From: an uncultured Planctomycetaceae bacterium
Lineage (GTDB): Bacteria; Planctomycetota; Planctomycetia; Planctomycetales; Planctomycetaceae
Length of the DNA: 21,544 nt
Direction of reading: 5' to 3'
NCBI GenBank assembly: GCA_963815195.1
Contig: CAWFGE010000025.1
Location: 1-21,544 of the forward strand
Position numbers and translations under genes: made by a program. The notes below the pieces were generated by a model that did not search any database, was not told where the DNA came from, and saw nothing but the letters and a program-made list of their open reading frames with translations. Below are positions 17,024 to 21,544 of the stretch, piece by piece. Numbering within the stretch: the stretch's first letter is position 1; every line of letters starts with the position of its first letter.

Positions 17024-18358
17024 ATGGATTGGCCCACGTTGGACGAGCAGCAATACATCTGCCCGGGGGAGACGCATCCGATTTCGCGGTCGGTGCATCT
17101 TTCGCGGCTGGCTTCGTTCTTTCCCAATTGCCGGGAGTGCCCGTTACGCACGGACACCGGACATCTGCCGCCCCAGACAATCGCCCGCCTGCAAAACGCG
17201 GAACGGCGGGGCGAACGCAAATCGCTATTCACCGAGGAAGGCGTGCGGGGGATTTATCTCAATGAGCTTTCCCGCAAGCAGGCCCATTTGATCGCCGCCG
17301 CGCTCGCCAGCGTGCTCTGGGAGCAAAAGCCGCTCCGCGGGCGGTCGCCGTCGGCCGGAACCATTACCAACCGGTCTTGGCCGACGGTGCTGGTCGGACA
17401 CGATGACCGGCCGGCGTCGCCCGATTTGATCGCAGGCGTCACGTCGGCTCTGCGGCGGATGGGCTGCCAGGTCCTCGATATCGGGTTGGCTTCGAAACCC
17501 TGTTTCTGGTTCGCAGGCGACCATTTGCCGATTCGCGCGGGGATTTATGTCAACGGAGCCGGCTGCCCGCCGTCGGGGATGGCCTTGGATTTCGTGGGCA
17601 CAAACGGCCGGCCGATTTCGCGGGGCTCGCGGTTTCATTCCGGGCCGGGGCACCTCACCCTGAACCGCATCGAAGCCGCGGTCCGGGATCCCTATCACCG
17701 CGCGACCCGAGGGGCCGGTCCCTATCGAACCTTCCGCGCCGCCGTGCCTTACGAAGCGGGGCTTTGGAAGCATTTTCAGGGCCTAAAACCCTTGCGGATT
17801 TGCCTGGGCAGCGGCAGCCGGTTGGTCGAACAGACTCTTTCGCGGATTTACGAGACCCTGCCGGGCGAACTGATTCCCCTCCCATTGCCCCGGCGGGTTC
17901 GCCATCCCTTCGATCCCCGCGATACGGATGTGATTCGCGTCGCGGCCGCGGTCCGGGAACACGGGGCCGATGCGGGAATCCTCATCGACGACGACGGCCA
18001 GCGCTCGGCGGTCTTCGACGAGGCCGGCGGGCTGCTGTCGATCGCCCAGACCACAAGGCTCATCGCGGAGGCTCGCCACGCGGATTACCCGAACGAACCG
18101 ATCGTGCTCGAAGAGTACGCCACCGCCGAAGTGGAGTCGCTTTTGAAGCGGGCCGGGCTGCGCGTGGTGCGGGGCGGGGTGACGGCGGCGGAACTCTCCG
18201 ATTCCATGCGCGGACATCACGGCATCTTCGCCGGCGGGGCCACGGGCCGGTACTGGTTCCGCGAAGCCTTCCCCACCAGCGATGCGATCATCGCCCTCGC
18301 CGCCGTGCTCAGCCGCATCACCCGCGCCGGCGTTCCGCTGTCCCGCCTGGTGGAGTAA
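17024..18358 (+). CDS. Phosphomannomutase/phosphoglucomutase-fold protein, catalytically degenerate, with an N-terminal Cys/His module
   Basis: LFTEEGVRG, VGHDDR, GIYVNGAGCPP (in place of TASHNP), GILIDDDGQR (in place of DGDGDR), GRYWF and SDAI. The start is 17024 (ATG) or 16982 (GTG). Confidence 0.75.
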   Translation: MDWPTLDEQQYICPGETHPISRSVHLSRLASFFPNCRECPLRTDTGHLPPQTIARLQNAERRGERKSLFTEEGVRGIYLNELSRKQAHLIAAALASVLWEQKPLRGRSPSAGTITNRSWPTVLVGHDDRPASPDLIAGVTSALRRMGCQVLDIGLASKPCFWFAGDHLPIRAGIYVNGAGCPPSGMALDFVGTNGRPISRGSRFHSGPGHLTLNRIEAAVRDPYHRATRGAGPYRTFRAAVPYEAGLWKHFQGLKPLRICLGSGSRLVEQTLSRIYETLPGELIPLPLPRRVRHPFDPRDTDVIRVAAAVREHGADAGILIDDDGQRSAVFDEAGGLLSIAQTTRLIAEARHADYPNEPIVLEEYATAEVESLLKRAGLRVVRGGVTAAELSDSMRGHHGIFAGGATGRYWFREAFPTSDAIIALAAVLSRITRAGVPLSRLVE

Positions 18359-18415
18359 CGTGGTAAACCCGAATTTCAGTACTACCAAAAAAACTCAAGA
18401 AGCTTTGGCCTAAAA

Positions 18416-18485
18416 GAGCCGCGCACGAAGTAAGCGGTTTTCAGGGATGCAGACAACGCAAGTCCGCTTACTTCGTGCGCGGCTC
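18416..18485. repeat. Perfect 22-bp inverted repeat (REP/REPIN-like)
   Basis: GAGCCGCGCACGAAGTAAGCGG (18416-18437), 26-nt spacer, CCGCTTACTTCGTGCGCGGCTC (18464-18485). Confidence 0.9.
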
Positions 18486-18636
18486 AGGCCTTTTTGGAAC
18501 GACTGAATTTTGGATTTCGTGCTTCGAAATTCACGGCTCATGTTCTCCCCCGGCCTGACCGGATATAATTGAGGTGATGAGTTTATTCTGCGCTTGAAAA
18601 CATGGTTCAAAGGGAGGCTCCGGCCCGGCCGAGTTC

Positions 18637-20598
18637 ATGCAACGACGAATTATTTCCAGCCGAAGGCGGTTTCGAGACTACCTGAAAGACCTCCGCGAGC
18701 GGCAGCGTGCGGGCAACGGCCGGCCCGGTCCGGAAACGTCCTCCGCCGAAGACAACGGCAAGCTGTTTCACCATCCGCGGGTCCGCTCCTCCTGGGAACT
18801 GGTCCGCCAGTTTTTCCGCTTGATGAGACCCCAGCGCGGGCCGGTGATGTTTGCGCTGGCGACGCTCACCATCTCCACCATCCTCGGACTCATCCCGCCC
18901 GCCGCGACGAAGTTCGTCATCGATTACGTCCTGGGCGGCAAACCCGCCCCAGACTGGCTCACCGATCGGCTGCCCGCCGCCGCGGACCCGTGGCATTTGC
19001 TGCTGTTGATCTCGGCGGCGGCGTTCGGGATTTCCCTCGTCAAAACCTCGATCCATCTCTGGGGCCGCTGGTACGCGACGAGCGCCACGAAGAACATGCA
19101 GATGGCCATTCGCCGGCGGGTGTTTTCCCACGCGATGCGATTGCCGCTGCACCGGGTTTATGAACTCAAATCCGGCGGCGTGGCGAGCATCCTCCGCGAA
19201 GACGCCGGCAGCGTCGGCGATTTGATCTTCGGCATGGTCTATAACCCCTGGCAAGCCGTGATCCAACTCGCCGGCAGCTTGTGCGTGTTGGCCTGGGTCG
19301 ATTGGCGGCTCTTGTTGGGCACGCTGGTGTTGATCCCGGCGGTGTATGTCACGCATCGCACGTGGATCAAGCAAATCCGCCCCCGCTACCGCGATGTCCG
19401 CAACCGCCGGACCGATGTGGACGGCAAGGCCGCGGAATCCTTCGGCGGCATGCGTGTCGTCCGCGCCTTCAGCGGGCAGCGGGCCGAGACCAGCCGATTT
19501 ATGAACACCAACCACCTCATGGGCCGGCAGGAACTCAACACCTGGTGGTGGGCCAGGACGATGGAAGTCATCTGGGGACTTCTGATCCCCGTCGGCTGCC
19601 TGGGCGTTCTCCTCTACGGCGGCAAGCAGGTGCTCGAAGGCCAATTGACCTTGGGCGACTTGATGATGTTCCTCACCTATCTCTTGTTCCTCCTGGAGCC
19701 GCTGACCGTGTTGGCCCAGTCCGCGACGCAGTTTCAAAACAGCCTCTCGGGTCTCGATCGGATTTTGGATCTCTTGGAAGAGCCTCGCGAGATGCCGCCC
19801 TCGCCGAATGCGGTCTCGCTCCAAAAGTCCGAAGTCGCCGGGCAGGTCCGTTTGGAGAACGTGTCTTTCCGCTACGCGGGGAACAACGATTTCGCCCTCC
19901 ACGAAGTGTCGATGATCGCAGAGCCCGGGCAAACCGTGGCCCTCGTCGGACCGAGCGGTGCCGGGAAGACGACGCTCTGTAACCTCGTGGCGAGATTTTA
20001 CGATCCCACCGGCGGGCGGGTGCTGTTGGACGGCCGGGACCTGCGGGAGATCGAAGTCGAAAACTACCGCAGCCATTTAGGCCTCGTCGAGCAGGATGTG
20101 TTCCTGTTCGACGGCACGATCGCCGAGAACATCGGCTATGCGAACAGGCACGCCACCGAAGCAGACCTCCATCGCGCCGCCGAGGTCGCGAATGCTTTGG
20201 AGTTTATCGAACGTTTACCCAATGGGTTTGAGACGATCATCGGCGAGCGGGGCGTGAAGCTCAGCGGCGGGCAGCGGCAGCGGATTGCGATTGCCCGCGC
20301 GGTCCTCGCCGACCCGCGGATTTTGATCCTGGACGAAGCCACGAGCAATCTCGACACGGAAAGCGAACGCCTGATCCAGCAAAGCCTGGAGCAGTTGATG
20401 CGGGACCGCACGTGCTTCGTGATCGCCCACCGCCTGAGCACAATCGCCCACGCCGACAAAATCGCCGTCATCGAAGATGGCCAAATCACCGAAGTCGGCA
20501 ACCACGAACAACTGATGCAAGCGGACGGCCGCTACCGCGAAATGGTCTTGCTACAAGTCAATATGCAAAAACACCTGGTACACTCAGCGAAGGCGTGA
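18637..20598 (+). CDS. ABC exporter, fused permease/ATPase (MsbA/MdlAB-like)
   Basis: N-terminal TM domain, Walker A GPSGAGKT, LSGGQ signature, Walker B ILILDE and IAHR. A TATAAT lies upstream at 18564-18569. Confidence 0.95.
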   Translation: MQRRIISSRRRFRDYLKDLRERQRAGNGRPGPETSSAEDNGKLFHHPRVRSSWELVRQFFRLMRPQRGPVMFALATLTISTILGLIPPAATKFVIDYVLGGKPAPDWLTDRLPAAADPWHLLLLISAAAFGISLVKTSIHLWGRWYATSATKNMQMAIRRRVFSHAMRLPLHRVYELKSGGVASILREDAGSVGDLIFGMVYNPWQAVIQLAGSLCVLAWVDWRLLLGTLVLIPAVYVTHRTWIKQIRPRYRDVRNRRTDVDGKAAESFGGMRVVRAFSGQRAETSRFMNTNHLMGRQELNTWWWARTMEVIWGLLIPVGCLGVLLYGGKQVLEGQLTLGDLMMFLTYLLFLLEPLTVLAQSATQFQNSLSGLDRILDLLEEPREMPPSPNAVSLQKSEVAGQVRLENVSFRYAGNNDFALHEVSMIAEPGQTVALVGPSGAGKTTLCNLVARFYDPTGGRVLLDGRDLREIEVENYRSHLGLVEQDVFLFDGTIAENIGYANRHATEADLHRAAEVANALEFIERLPNGFETIIGERGVKLSGGQRQRIAIARAVLADPRILILDEATSNLDTESERLIQQSLEQLMRDRTCFVIAHRLSTIAHADKIAVIEDGQITEVGNHEQLMQADGRYREMVLLQVNMQKHLVHSAKA

Positions 20599-20657
20599 CG
20601 TCGTTTTTCGGATCGTTGCAGATTACACACATGGTTACCGGCTGCAATCTGTGGAGA

Positions 20658-20692
20658 GTTTGTAGACAAACGCAGGGGTCTCCGGTTACGCT
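20658..20692 (+). promoter_or_regulatory. Candidate intI promoter with a palindromic operator over the -35
   Basis: TAGACA (20663-20668), 18-bp spacer, TACGCT (20687-20692). The palindrome GTTTGT-AG-ACAAAC spans 20658-20671. Confidence 0.4.
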
Positions 20693-20722
20693 CTATGGTG
20701 AGAGTTTTCAGGGGCATTTGTC

Positions 20723-21544
20723 ATGTCAACCCAAAATCGAACGAAAACGCCATTGGGCCTATTCCAAGGCCGCCCGACACCGCGTCTTTACGATGCGGCG
20801 GTCAACGTCTTGCGCGTGCATCACTACAGCCTGCGGACGGAACGAGCTTACCTTGATTGGATTCGCCGATTCATTGTTTTTCACGGCTCTCGGCATCCCC
20901 GCGAATTGTCCGAAGGCGACGTCAACCGCTTCTTGACGCATCTGGCAGTCAAAGAACATGTCGCCGCATCCACCCAGAATCAGGCGCTGGCGGCGATTCT
21001 TTTTCTGTACGAAAAAGTCCTCAAACAACCGCTGGACCGCATTGAAGGCGTCGTTCGCGCCAAACGCCCCAAGCGGTTGCCCGTGGTCTTGACCCAGAAC
21101 GAGATCCGCCGCATTCTCGCCGAAATGAGTGGTGTGCCAAAAACGATCGCCCTGATGTTATACGGCTCAGGACTTCGGCTCCTGGAAAGCCTTCGGCTCA
21201 GGGTCAAAGACGTGGATTTCGAACGGGCGGAATTGACGATCCGCGAAGGGAAGGGGGATAAGGATCGGCGGACGATGCTGCCTGAATCCGTCGCGGAATC
21301 TCTGCGTACGCAAATCGCGAAGGTCCGTATCCAGCACCAGCGCGACTTGGAACGGGGCTTCGGAACCGTCGAATTGCCTTACGCCTTGGAACGAAAACTC
21401 CCAGGCACGGCACGGGAATTTGGCTGGCAATACGTCTTTCCCGCGACGACGATCTCAAAAGACCCTCGCAGCGGAGTTCGGCGACGTCATCACCTCCATG
21501 AATCGGTGATCTCGCGGGCAATTTCCGCTGCGCTTCGGCGAACT
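20723..21544 (+). CDS. intI: Integron integrase (3' end runs off the window)
   Basis: Not in the ORF track. Hand translation is open for 274 codons: HYSLRTERAYLDWIRRF, FLTHLAV...VAASTQNQALAAILFLY, LPVVLT, YGSGLRLLE, GKGDKDR, the IntI-specific insertion VELPYALERKLP...GWQYVFP, and DPRSG.RRRHHLHES. Confidence 0.96.
   Translation, partial: MSTQNRTKTPLGLFQGRPTPRLYDAAVNVLRVHHYSLRTERAYLDWIRRFIVFHGSRHPRELSEGDVNRFLTHLAVKEHVAASTQNQALAAILFLYEKVLKQPLDRIEGVVRAKRPKRLPVVLTQNEIRRILAEMSGVPKTIALMLYGSGLRLLESLRLRVKDVDFERAELTIREGKGDKDRRTMLPESVAESLRTQIAKVRIQHQRDLERGFGTVELPYALERKLPGTAREFGWQYVFPATTISKDPRSGVRRRHHLHESVISRAISAALRRT

Noticed and set aside
2691..20076. Long antisense ORFs (2691..4118, 6397..7719, 9412..10749, 12760..14553, 18607..20076 and others)
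   Set aside because: Typical stop-poor shadow frames in high-GC DNA opposite well-supported genes; no recognisable motifs.
1..21544. One mobile element bounded by the recombinases at both ends
   Set aside because: The interior holds core genes (holA, cls), the two recombinase types belong to different families, and no flanking repeats were seen.
1..21544. CRISPR array, tRNA or rRNA genes
   Set aside because: No regularly spaced direct repeats and no cloverleaf or rRNA signatures were seen in any intergenic region.

Overview
GC-rich bacterial chromosome segment, probably from a planctomycete (inferred from the sulfatase, DUF1598-like, membrane Ser/Thr kinase and degenerate phosphomutase gene types). 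Both ends fall inside tyrosine recombinase genes that the ORF track misses because they have no stop codon in the window. Left end: two translationally coupled, closely paralogous tyrosine recombinases (2412->1114 and 1117-><1, ATGA overlap) share non-canonical catalytic residues. They lie head-to-head with a sulfatase whose first ~55 codons are abruptly AT-rich up to the conserved ADDLGYGD motif, which is a possible attachment or replacement junction. Middle: thpR, a frameshifted secreted protein, a ~186-nt rod-shaped 6S-like RNA candidate, and a multi-pass Ser/Thr kinase that converges on a minus-strand run (PDZ protein, small secreted protein, cardiolipin synthase, glutamate decarboxylase remnant, frameshifted PPP phosphatase). 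These are followed by an alpha/beta hydrolase, a frameshifted DUF1598-like gene, holA, a catalytically degenerate phosphohexomutase with a Cys/His N-terminal module, a REP-like palindrome and an ABC exporter. Right end: an integron integrase (intI) with no cassette array upstream, consistent with the inverted-integrase integron arrangement. Several single-base frameshifts may be sequencing errors. All calls come from manual reading; no database searches were run.
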